Positions 37,667 to 45,198 of a stretch of DNA of 64,000 nucleotides are shown here, one piece after another. Numbering within the stretch: position 1 is the first letter of the stretch; every line of letters starts with the position of its first letter. The notes beneath the pieces are model-generated. The model was not told where the DNA came from. It ran no database searches and worked only from the letters and a program-made list of their open reading frames with translations. The DNA is from Gammaproteobacteria bacterium (GTDB taxonomy: Bacteria; Pseudomonadota; Gammaproteobacteria; Pseudomonadales; JADFDG01): the NCBI GenBank assembly GCA_046566765.1, contig JBKHWA010000044.1, positions 471-64,470 of the forward strand, written 5' to 3'. The position numbers were made by a program, and so were the translations under genes.

Positions 37667-38897
37667 TGCCCTGCCGGCCCGTCAGCGACGGGAAGACGCG
37701 GCGCGGGAACTGGCAGCACGACTCGCCACCACCGCGCCGCTCTGGCGTCCACCCTGCTTTTACGACGATCCGCCGTGGATCGCCGGCCATCCCCGCCTCG
37801 CCGCCGCCCTGCTTGCGCTCGGCGACGGCGAACTCGCCTCGCTCGAGGACGATCCCGATACGCTGACCCGCTGGCTGGCGGACGCGCTGCCGGCAATCGG
37901 CACGCTGGTGACCGCCGCCGATGCCTGCCTCGACGACGACACGCTGCCGGTGCCGCTGGCGGTACCGGAAACGCACGGCCGCGACGTACCCGGCCGCAAG
38001 TGGCAGCAGGCACTGGCATTCGCCGCCGCCTGCGGCGTGCCGCACGGGCCGCTGGTGGACTGGTGCTGCGGCAAGGCCCACCTGGGGCGGCTGCTGTCGC
38101 AGTTGCACGGCGTGCCGGTCACCGGGATCGAGCGCAACCACGCGCTGTGCGTCGACGGCAACGCGCTGGCCGCGCGCGACCGGTTGCCGGTGCAGCTGGT
38201 GGAAGCCGATGCGCTCACGGTGAGCGCGCCGGACGCACGCCTCGACCACGCCGCCCACGCTGTCGCCCTGCATGCCTGCGGCGACCTGCACCTCGCCCTG
38301 CTGCGCACCGCCAGCGACGCCGGCGTGGCGGCGCTGGACGTTGCGCCCTGCTGCTACCACCTGACCCGCGACTACCACTGGCAGCCGCTGAGCGTCGCGC
38401 TGGCCGGCTGCGCACTGCAGCCGCTGCAACTCACCCGCGACGACCTGCGACTGGCAGTGCAGGAAACGGTCACCGCCAGCGCACGGGTGGTCGCGCAGAC
38501 CCGGCAACTGGCCGGCTGGCGGCTGGGCTTCGACGCGCTGCAGCGCGACGTGCGCGGCATCGACGCCGCGCTGCCGACACCGTCGCGGCCGGCACGGGTG
38601 CTGGCCGATGGCTTCGCCGCGTTCTGCGCCGACATGGCCGCGCACCACCGGCTGCCGTTGCCGGCGGGCGTGGACTACCCGCGGTTCGAGCAACTGGGCA
38701 GCCGGCGCCAGGCGCGCATGCGGCGCCTGCAACTCGTGCGCCACGCCTGCCGGCGCCCGCTGGAAGTGCTGCTCGCCGCCGACCGTGCGCTCTGGCTCAC
38801 CGAGCGGGGTTACCAGGTGCAACTCTCGCCGTTCTGCCGGCGTGAACTGACGCCGCGCAACCTGTTGCTCCGGGCGCGCCGCCGGTCCGCGGCCTGA
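37659..38897 (+). CDS. SAM-dependent methyltransferase-like protein (Methyltransf_32-type core)
   Basis: 412-aa ORF. The only in-frame start near the 5' end is TTG 37659, which overlaps the upstream stop by 8 nt, so the start is uncertain. Core DWCCGKAHLGRLL...GIERN...HACGDLH resembles the PF13679-type methyltransferase domain. Confidence 0.65.
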   Translation: MSNALPARQRREDAARELAARLATTAPLWRPPCFYDDPPWIAGHPRLAAALLALGDGELASLEDDPDTLTRWLADALPAIGTLVTAADACLDDDTLPVPLAVPETHGRDVPGRKWQQALAFAAACGVPHGPLVDWCCGKAHLGRLLSQLHGVPVTGIERNHALCVDGNALAARDRLPVQLVEADALTVSAPDARLDHAAHAVALHACGDLHLALLRTASDAGVAALDVAPCCYHLTRDYHWQPLSVALAGCALQPLQLTRDDLRLAVQETVTASARVVAQTRQLAGWRLGFDALQRDVRGIDAALPTPSRPARVLADGFAAFCADMAAHHRLPLPAGVDYPRFEQLGSRRQARMRRLQLVRHACRRPLEVLLAADRALWLTERGYQVQLSPFCRRELTPRNLLLRARRRSAA

Positions 38898-38977
38898 TGC
38901 ACGGGCGGCGCGCCGCCGCTAGGGTTGCACCCGGATTCCCCGCCGACCGCACACGACTGCATACGACCGGAGCCACC

Positions 38978-40372
38978 ATGCCGCGATCCGACCCGTCGCG
39001 ATCCACCCTCCCGCAGGACCCGTCCCGTCGCCGCCTGCTGGCCATGTCCGGTGCTGCCGCCGGACTGGCGCTGCTGCCCGCCGCCGTCCGCGCCAACCCG
39101 CCGGCGCCCGGCTGGCGCAACTGGTCCGGCAACCAGCAGGCAACGCCGGCGGCGATCCACTATCCCGCCAGCGAGGCGGAACTGGTGCAGGCAGTGAAGA
39201 ACGCGAAGGCGCCGCTGCGCGCCGTCGGCGGCAGCCACTCGTTCACCGCGCTGGTGCCGACGCCCGGCACGGTCATCTCGCTGGAGCAGATGAACGGGCT
39301 GATCGACCACGACCCGAAGACGCAGACCGCCACCCTCGGCGCCGGCACGCGCATCGCCGTGGCCGGCGAGTTGCTGGCGGCAATCGGCCAGGGCCTGCAG
39401 AACGAGCCCGACATCAACCTGCAGTCGCTGGCCGGCGCGATCAGCACCGCCACCCACGGCACCGGCGCCGCGCTGCAGTGCCTGTCCGGCTACGTGACGA
39501 AACTGAAACTGGTGCTGGCCGACGGCAGCGTCGTCACCTGCTCGGCGGATAAAGACCGCGAACTGTTCGACGCCGCCCGCGTCTCGTTCGGCAGCCTCGG
39601 CGTGATCAGCGAGATCACCTTCCGCAACCGCGCCGCCTACAAGTTGCGCGAGGAGACGGAGGTGATGGATCTCGCCGCCGCCATGCAGCACATCGAGCAG
39701 CGTCGCCACGTCGACCGCCACATCGAGTTCCTCGCCTTCCCTTTCGGCGGCAAGGCGATCGTCAAGCGGATGAACATCACCGACGAGGCCGACACGCCGC
39801 CGGTGGAATCCTCGATCGACGAGAACCAGCTGGTGGAACTGGCCGCCGATACCGTGAAGGCGGCGCCGTTCACCAAGGGCATGATCCAGAAGCTGGTCGG
39901 CGCCTTCGTCAGCGACGGCCACCGGGTCGGCCCGTCGCACCGGATTTTCCCCAACGTGCGCTCGGTTCCGTTCAACGAGATGGAATACACGGTACCGGCC
40001 GACCAGGGGCTGGCCTGCCTGCAGGAAGTGGTCGACACCCTGCGCGCGCGCGACATCGCCACGTTCTTCCCGATCGAGTTCCGCTACATCGGCGCCGACG
40101 ACACCTGGCTGAGCCCGTTCGCCGGGCGTGACGGCGCCGCCATTTCCATCCACCAGTACGCGCGCCAGGATTACCGTGAATTGTTCGATGCCCTCGAGCC
40201 GATCCTGAAGAAATACGATGGTCGCCCGCACTGGGGCAAGTTGCACACGCTCACGGCGAAGGACCTGCGCGAACGTTACCCGCGGTTCGACGATTTCCTC
40301 GCCGTCCGCCGGCGGGTCGACCCGCGCGGCAAGTTGCTCAACGATCACCTGAAATCGCTGCTGGGCGCCTGA
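38978..40372 (+). CDS. Tat-exported FAD-linked oxidase of the D-arabinono/L-gulono-1,4-lactone oxidase family
   Basis: ORF 38897..40372 trimmed to MPRSDPSRS (ATG 38978). Twin-arginine signal SRRRLLAMSGAAAGLALLPAAVRA. FAD_binding_4-like VGGSHSF, and the C-terminal ALO-type motif HWGK (GRPHWGKLH). Confidence 0.85.
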   Translation: MPRSDPSRSTLPQDPSRRRLLAMSGAAAGLALLPAAVRANPPAPGWRNWSGNQQATPAAIHYPASEAELVQAVKNAKAPLRAVGGSHSFTALVPTPGTVISLEQMNGLIDHDPKTQTATLGAGTRIAVAGELLAAIGQGLQNEPDINLQSLAGAISTATHGTGAALQCLSGYVTKLKLVLADGSVVTCSADKDRELFDAARVSFGSLGVISEITFRNRAAYKLREETEVMDLAAAMQHIEQRRHVDRHIEFLAFPFGGKAIVKRMNITDEADTPPVESSIDENQLVELAADTVKAAPFTKGMIQKLVGAFVSDGHRVGPSHRIFPNVRSVPFNEMEYTVPADQGLACLQEVVDTLRARDIATFFPIEFRYIGADDTWLSPFAGRDGAAISIHQYARQDYRELFDALEPILKKYDGRPHWGKLHTLTAKDLRERYPRFDDFLAVRRRVDPRGKLLNDHLKSLLGA

Positions 40373-40404
40373 GCGCGCCGGCACCGCCAGCGGAAATCCC
40401 ACGC

Positions 40405-41691
40405 ATGAAGCGACGTCATGTCCTGATCGGCCTCGGTGGCGCCGCGGTGGTGGCCGCCGGCGGCCTGGCGCTGCGCCCGTCCGACCGCGGTGCGCCGCAC
40501 GATGACTACTTCCGCGCGCTGCAGTCGCTGCTGCAGGCACAGGGGCCGGGCCGGCCGGTGCTGCTGCTGGACCTCGACCGCATCGACCGCAACTGCGACC
40601 GGCTGAAGCAGGCGGTGGCCGACAACGGCAAGCAGTTGCGCATCGTCGCCAAGTCGCTGCCGGCGCCGGGGCTGCTGCGCCACGTGCTGGCGCGCACCGG
40701 CAGCACACGGGTGATGACCTTCCACCAGCCGTTCCTCAACGCGCTGGCCACCGGTTTCCCGGCGCTGGACCTGCTGCTGGGCAAGCCGATGCCGGTGCGC
40801 GCGGCGGAAACCTTCTACCGCGAGCTCGGCACCGGCAGCGCGTTCGCGCCGGCGCGGCAATTGCAGTGGCTGGTCGATACGCCGGAACGCCTGCAGCAAT
40901 ACCGGCAACTGGCGCGCACGCTCGGCACCCGCATGCGCATCAACGTCGAGATCGACGTCGGCCTTCACCGCGGCGGCTTGTCGGCGCCGGAACAACTCGA
41001 CCCGTTGCTCGCCGCGATCGCCGACGACCCCGACCATCTCGAGTTCGCCGGCTTCATGGGCTACGACGCGCAGGTCGGCAAGATCCCGTCCGTACTGGAA
41101 AGCCGCGATGCCTCGCTGGCGAAGGCACAGGCAACGTATCGCGCATTCATCGCACGCGCGCGCGCCCTGCAACCCGCGCTGGCCATCGAACAACTCACGC
41201 TCAACGGCGCCGGCAGCCCGACCTTCCGCCTGCACGGCAAGGACTCGCCGCTGAACGAGGTGGCCGTCGGCTCGGCGCTGGTGAAACCGACCGATTTCGA
41301 TCTCGACCTGCTGGCCGACTTCGAGCCGGCGGCCTTCATCGCCACGCCGGTGCTGAAGGCGCTGGATGGCCTGCAACTTCCCGGCAGCGATGCGCTCGGC
41401 CGCGGCTGGGCGCTGTGGGACGTGAATCGCCGGCGTACGTTCTTCGTCTATGGCGGCAAGTGGCTCGCCGATTTCGTGTCGCCGGCAGGCGTCACCGGCA
41501 ACACGCTCTACGGCAGCAGTTCCAACCAGTCGATCGCCAATGCGTCGGCGTCGGTGCAACTGGCAGTCGACGACCAGGTGTTCCTGCGGCCGACCCAAAG
41601 CGAAGCCGTGCTGCTGCAATTCAGCGACCTGCTGGCAGTGCGCGGCGATCGCATCGAGGCACGCTGGCCAGTGCTGCCGGCCAGCGTGTAA
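40405..41691 (+). CDS. fold-type III PLP enzyme (alanine-racemase N-terminal domain; DSD1/D-threonine-aldolase-like) with Tat-like or anchor N-terminus
   Basis: 428 aa. N-terminus MKRRHVLIGLGGAAVVAAGGLALRP. Candidate PLP-Lys context LRIVAKSL. NVEIDVGLHRGG is typical of this fold. C-terminal beta domain. Confidence 0.72.
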   Translation: MKRRHVLIGLGGAAVVAAGGLALRPSDRGAPHDDYFRALQSLLQAQGPGRPVLLLDLDRIDRNCDRLKQAVADNGKQLRIVAKSLPAPGLLRHVLARTGSTRVMTFHQPFLNALATGFPALDLLLGKPMPVRAAETFYRELGTGSAFAPARQLQWLVDTPERLQQYRQLARTLGTRMRINVEIDVGLHRGGLSAPEQLDPLLAAIADDPDHLEFAGFMGYDAQVGKIPSVLESRDASLAKAQATYRAFIARARALQPALAIEQLTLNGAGSPTFRLHGKDSPLNEVAVGSALVKPTDFDLDLLADFEPAAFIATPVLKALDGLQLPGSDALGRGWALWDVNRRRTFFVYGGKWLADFVSPAGVTGNTLYGSSSNQSIANASASVQLAVDDQVFLRPTQSEAVLLQFSDLLAVRGDRIEARWPVLPASV

Positions 41692-41850
41692 TTACCCACC
41701 GGATTCGTCGGGAATGGCGGTAACAACGCGCCCGAATGGTTCCCGTTTGTGCGCGAATGTCGGCAGCGGACACCCGGAATACTGACCACGATCAAACTGT
41801 CTTTTTCCCGCTGTGGTGAGATGAGCCACGGGAAATCGATGGAGGTGTTT

Positions 41851-42039
41851 ATGGACGTGGTAATGGCTGATCTGTTCGGCTCTCTTGGTGGCCTGTTGAC
41901 CGTGTTCATCATCGCGGTTTGCGCGCTGGCAATGCCGGTGGGCATCTACCTGGCGATGAAGCACGCGGTGAAATTCTCCCAGGAGCAGGACCGCCAGGCG
42001 GCGCTCAAGCGCCAGCACGAGGGTCACGGCAGTCACTGA
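41851..42039 (+). CDS. small (62 aa) single-TM protein, hypothetical
   Basis: In ORF 41749..42039. ATG 41851 has GGAGG at 41841-41845. One TM helix (LLTVFIIAVCALAMPVGIYLAM) and a basic C-terminal tail. Followed by its own terminator. Confidence 0.45.
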   Translation: MDVVMADLFGSLGGLLTVFIIAVCALAMPVGIYLAMKHAVKFSQEQDRQAALKRQHEGHGSH

Positions 42040-42070
42040 CCTGTCCTGACCCGAAGGGGTATTGCCAGCA

Positions 42071-42108
42071 ACGCCCGCCCGGACAACCCCGGGCGGGCGT
42101 TCTTGTTT
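42071..42108 (+). terminator. rho-independent terminator
   Basis: Sequence is acgcccgcccgg-acaacc-ccgggcgggcgt followed by tcttgttt. 12-bp perfect stem. Confidence 0.65.
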
Positions 42109-42224
42109 GCGGCCCGGCCAGTTCCACCGGTCGTTCCGGCCATGGCAGGATGCGCCGGACCGCCCACAATGGCGGGCCACCCCGGGTCCCCGGGGTCATA
42201 ACAAGAACTACCCCGAGGCACCCG

Positions 42225-43313
42225 ATGCGTACCACCCGCCTGCCTGCCGGCGTTGCCGGCCTGTCCGCCCTGCTGCTCGCCGCGGGCCTGTTCACCACCG
42301 GCCTGTTCGCCGCCGGCCCCGCCCGCGCCGAGTTGCCCACCCCGACCATCGCGCCGCCGGCACAGGTGCCGAAGAACATCATCAAGGCGAAGTTCTGCGT
42401 GTTCGACATCGCCGGTGCCCACGGCGACATCTTCCGCACCATGCGCGACTACCGGCTGGAGATGCTGAAGCACGGGGTCGACTTCGAACTGATCCCCTAC
42501 ACCAGCGAGAAGGTCGCCGCCGAGGACTTCAAGGCCGGCCAGTGCGATGCCGTCGACCTCACCTCGTTCCGCGCCCGCAACTTCATCAAGTTCGCCGGCA
42601 CCGTCGACGCCGTCGGCGCCCTGCCGACCCGCCAGCACGTGAAGTACGCGCTGCAGGCGCTGTCCAACCCTGCATATGCCTCCAAGCTGCGCAGCGGTCC
42701 GTACGAGGTCGCCGGCATCGTGCCGATCGGCGCCGCCTACGTGTTCACCCGCGACCGCAAGATCGACACCATCACCAAGGCCGCCGGCAAGCGCGTGGCG
42801 GTGCTCGACTACGATCCGGAAATGGCCGGCATGGTGGCCCGCCTCGGCGCCTCGCCGGTGCCGACCGACCTGACCAGCTTCGCCGGCAAGTTCAACAACG
42901 GCTCGGTCGACATCATCGTCGCGCCGCTGGCGGCCTACAAACCGCTGGAGCTGTACAAGGGCCTGGAGCCCAACGGGGCCATCATCGATTTCCCGTTCAC
43001 CCAGATCTCCGCCATGGTGATCGTGCGCCACGAGAAGTTCCCCCCGGAAACACTGCAGTTCGCCCGCGAGCAGGTGTTCCAGAACGTCGACAAGGTCTAC
43101 GAGATCCTCGACAAGATGAGCCTCGACGTGCCGAAGAAATGGTGGGTTTCCATTCCTGCTGCCGACAAGCTCAAGTACGACACGCTGATGCGCGACACCC
43201 GCATCGAGCTGCGCAACCGTGGCTACTATGACGGCGAGGCGCTGGCCTTGCTGCGCAAGGTCCGCTGCAAGGTCGACAATGCGCGCGCCGAGTGCACCGA
43301 CAAGCTCGAGTGA
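42225..43313 (+). CDS. periplasmic putative solute-binding protein, paralog 2
   Basis: In ORF 41919..43313, start at ATG 42225 (MRTTRLPAGVAGLSALLLAAG). Collinear with paralogs 1 and 3. Confidence 0.8.
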   Translation: MRTTRLPAGVAGLSALLLAAGLFTTGLFAAGPARAELPTPTIAPPAQVPKNIIKAKFCVFDIAGAHGDIFRTMRDYRLEMLKHGVDFELIPYTSEKVAAEDFKAGQCDAVDLTSFRARNFIKFAGTVDAVGALPTRQHVKYALQALSNPAYASKLRSGPYEVAGIVPIGAAYVFTRDRKIDTITKAAGKRVAVLDYDPEMAGMVARLGASPVPTDLTSFAGKFNNGSVDIIVAPLAAYKPLELYKGLEPNGAIIDFPFTQISAMVIVRHEKFPPETLQFAREQVFQNVDKVYEILDKMSLDVPKKWWVSIPAADKLKYDTLMRDTRIELRNRGYYDGEALALLRKVRCKVDNARAECTDKLE

Positions 43314-43400
43314 CATCGGCACCGCCAGGAAACAGGAACAACAACCGGCGGCAGGGGCGCCTGCAATGAAGCGCTCCCGATGCCCGACGAGGCTCTTCCG

Positions 43401-44483
43401 ATGAAGCTATTCCGGACGTTTTCCCGCGCCCTGGCCGCGACCGTTATCGCTGCCGGACTGGTACCGGCCGCCCTGGCGCTGGAAATCGGCGGCAAGGACT
43501 ACAAGGCACCGGCCGACCTGGCGGCGCCGAAGCCGGTTGCCGGGCCGGCGCTGAAGCGCAAGTTCTGCGTCTGGGACATCGCCGGCACCAACGGCCCGAT
43601 CTACAGCGCGATGTCGGACCTGCGGATCGGCATCCTGCGTTTCGGCATCGACTTCGAACTGGTGGCGTACACCAACGAGCGCATCGCCTCCGAGGACTTC
43701 AAGGCCGGCCGCTGCGATGCGGTCAACGTGATGACGCTGCGCGCGCGCAACTTCATCAAGTACGCCGGCACCCTCGACGCCATCGGCGCGGTGCCCGACG
43801 AGGCGCACCTGCGGCTGGCACTGGAAGCGCTGGCCGACCCGCGCTCGGCGCCGAAACTGCGCAGCGGGCCGTACGAGGTGGCAGCATTCGTGCCGATCGG
43901 CCCTGCCTACATCTTCACCAACGACCGCAAGGTCACCTCGATCGCCCGCGCTGCCGGCAAGCGGGTGGCGGTGCTCGACGACGACCCGACGATGTCGAAA
44001 ATGGTGGCCGGCATCGGTGCCGCGCCGGTGCCGGTGAACGTCACCAACTTCGCCGGCAAATTCAACAACGGCACCGTCGACATCATCGCCGCGCCGCTGG
44101 CGGCCTACGCGCCGTTCGAGTTGCACAAGGGCCTGGAGCCGAACGGCGGGATCGTCCGCTTCCCGCTCACCTTCCTCACTGCGCAGGTGCTGGTGCGCAG
44201 CGACAAGTTCCCGGCCGACATGCTGCAGTACTCGCGCAGCCTGGTCAGCCGGCACTTCAGCTCGACCATGGAAATCCTCAACGCGATGGCCGGCGACGTG
44301 CCGGCCAAGTACTGGGTGGACATTCCGAAGTCCGACACCCTGCGCTACGAACTGATGATGCGCGAGGCGCGGATCCAGCTGCGCGAAGAGGGTTACTACG
44401 ACGGCGAGATGCTGAGCATGTTGCGCAAGGTGCGCTGCAAGCTCGATCCCAATCGCGGTGAGTGTGCCGACAAGCAGGAGTGA
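43401..44483 (+). CDS. periplasmic putative solute-binding protein, paralog 3
   Basis: ORF 43380..44483 trimmed to MKLFRTFSRALAATVIAAG (ATG 43401). Collinear with paralogs 1 and 2. Confidence 0.8.
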   Translation: MKLFRTFSRALAATVIAAGLVPAALALEIGGKDYKAPADLAAPKPVAGPALKRKFCVWDIAGTNGPIYSAMSDLRIGILRFGIDFELVAYTNERIASEDFKAGRCDAVNVMTLRARNFIKYAGTLDAIGAVPDEAHLRLALEALADPRSAPKLRSGPYEVAAFVPIGPAYIFTNDRKVTSIARAAGKRVAVLDDDPTMSKMVAGIGAAPVPVNVTNFAGKFNNGTVDIIAAPLAAYAPFELHKGLEPNGGIVRFPLTFLTAQVLVRSDKFPADMLQYSRSLVSRHFSSTMEILNAMAGDVPAKYWVDIPKSDTLRYELMMREARIQLREEGYYDGEMLSMLRKVRCKLDPNRGECADKQE

Positions 44484-44496
44484 GTGGCCTGCGACG

Positions 44497-44527
44497 AAAA
44501 AGCCCGGCGATTGCCGGGCTTTTTTGT
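44497..44527 (+). terminator. rho-independent terminator
   Basis: Sequence is aaaa-agcccggc-gatt-gccgggct-tttttgt. 8-bp stem plus a T-run, 14 nt after the stop at 44483. Confidence 0.75.
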
Positions 44528-44575
44528 ATCGGCGCCGATGTGACGACGCTTTTCGCGATGACGCCACCCCTCACC

Positions 44576-44656
44576 CTGACCGGCCGCAGGCCGCACTTGC
44601 CCTGATCGGCCGCAGGCCGAAACTGCCCGGATCGCCCGCAGGGCGAAACAGGCGCG
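44576..44656 (+). repeat. three tandem ~26-nt REP-like units, each with a short GC hairpin
   Basis: The units are ctgaccGGCCgcaGGCCgcacttgcc, ctgatcGGCCgcaGGCCgaaactgcc and cggatCGCCCgcaGGGCGaaacaggcg. They are head-to-tail with no spacers. Confidence 0.65.
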
Positions 44657-44710
44657 GCTTGGCACGAGGTTGTTAAGAGCGGGTTTGGTGCCAACCAACT
44701 GGCTATGTAC

Positions 44711-44875
44711 CGCTGCGCTCCCGTCCGCTCCGGGGTGACACACTCCGCGGGCGGGAAGCTCGGATATGGAGCGTCCACGGCCGGTGCCAACTGATTGACG
44801 CGCTCAGCGCTCCATATCTGTCGCTTATGCCCGCGGAGCATGTCACCCCATCGCGGACTACGCGCATGGCAGCGT
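44711..44875. repeat. 165-nt imperfect palindrome / predicted long stem-loop (5 nested helices, 42 bp)
   Basis: Hand-paired helices: 44711-16/44869-74, 44723-28/44853-58, 44732-40/44841-49, 44743-52/44829-38 and 44763-73/44808-18, all Watson-Crick. Internal loops are 6/10, 3/3, 2/2 and 10/10. The terminal loop is 34 nt. Confidence 0.6.
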
Positions 44876-44883
44876 TGCGAAAG

Positions 44884-44899
44884 TGGCACCGATTTCGCT
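44884..44899 (+). promoter_or_regulatory. sigma-54-type promoter-like element (TGGCAC-N5-TCGCT)
   Basis: tggcaccgatttcgct compared with the consensus TGGCACG-N4-TTGCW: the GG and GC dinucleotides are correctly spaced, with 2 mismatches. No coding gene lies downstream, only the second long hairpin. Confidence 0.3.
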
Positions 44900-44935
44900 T
44901 TTGATCTTCCTGCGAGAGCGCAGTCCGTCCTTCAC

Positions 44936-45066
44936 GCGGCGGGGTGCCGGTCCGTGGAGGCGGCATGTGTCGAGGGAAGGTTGCGCCGAGGAGTCAGGGC
45001 TCACGACAACACTGCACCGCAACCGTCGAGACACTCAGCCGCCGGAACGGACCGGCAGCACGCCGC
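44936..45066. repeat. 131-nt imperfect palindrome / predicted long stem-loop (5 nested helices, 35 bp)
   Basis: Hand-paired helices: 44936-41/45061-66, 44945-55/45047-57, 44959-64/45038-43, 44967-71/45030-34 and 44979-85/45018-24, all Watson-Crick. There is a symmetric GGA/GGA internal loop. The terminal loop is 32 nt. Confidence 0.6.
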
Positions 45067-45121
45067 CACACTGAAGTACGCAACAGGCAAAGCCCGCTGT
45101 TGACGTTACATCCTGCCAATG

Positions 45122-45148
45122 CGCGCCTGTTTCGCCCTGCGGGCGATC
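45122..45148 (-). repeat. inverted copy of the third REP-like unit (27/27 nt identical to the reverse complement of 44630-44656)
   Basis: cgcgcctgtttcgccctgcgggcgatc is the exact reverse complement of gatcgcccgcagggcgaaacaggcgcg at 44630-44656. Confidence 0.7.
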
Positions 45149-45198
45149 ACGGTGAAGAGCGCCGCACTCCGGTCACGCGCGCACCGCCTCACCCAGCG

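Noticed and set aside
44576-44656. A CRISPR array, suggested by the three tandem 26-nt repeats.
   Set aside because: The units are contiguous with no spacers, number only three, diverge from one another, and no cas genes are in the window. They fit REP-like elements better.
44936-45066. An Rsm/Csr-type sponge RNA, suggested by several GGA motifs including a GGA/GGA internal loop.
   Set aside because: GGA triplets are expected at high frequency in DNA this GC-rich. No GacA-box (TGTAAG-N6-CTTACA) is upstream, and most of the GGA motifs are not in hairpin loops.
44657-45121. A degraded RAYT/transposase or other pseudogene inside the inverted-repeat bracket.
   Set aside because: The ORFs in this interval (87, 102 and 63 aa) have no HUH/Tyr or other recognisable motifs, and their translations look random. 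I cannot exclude a heavily decayed gene without a profile search.
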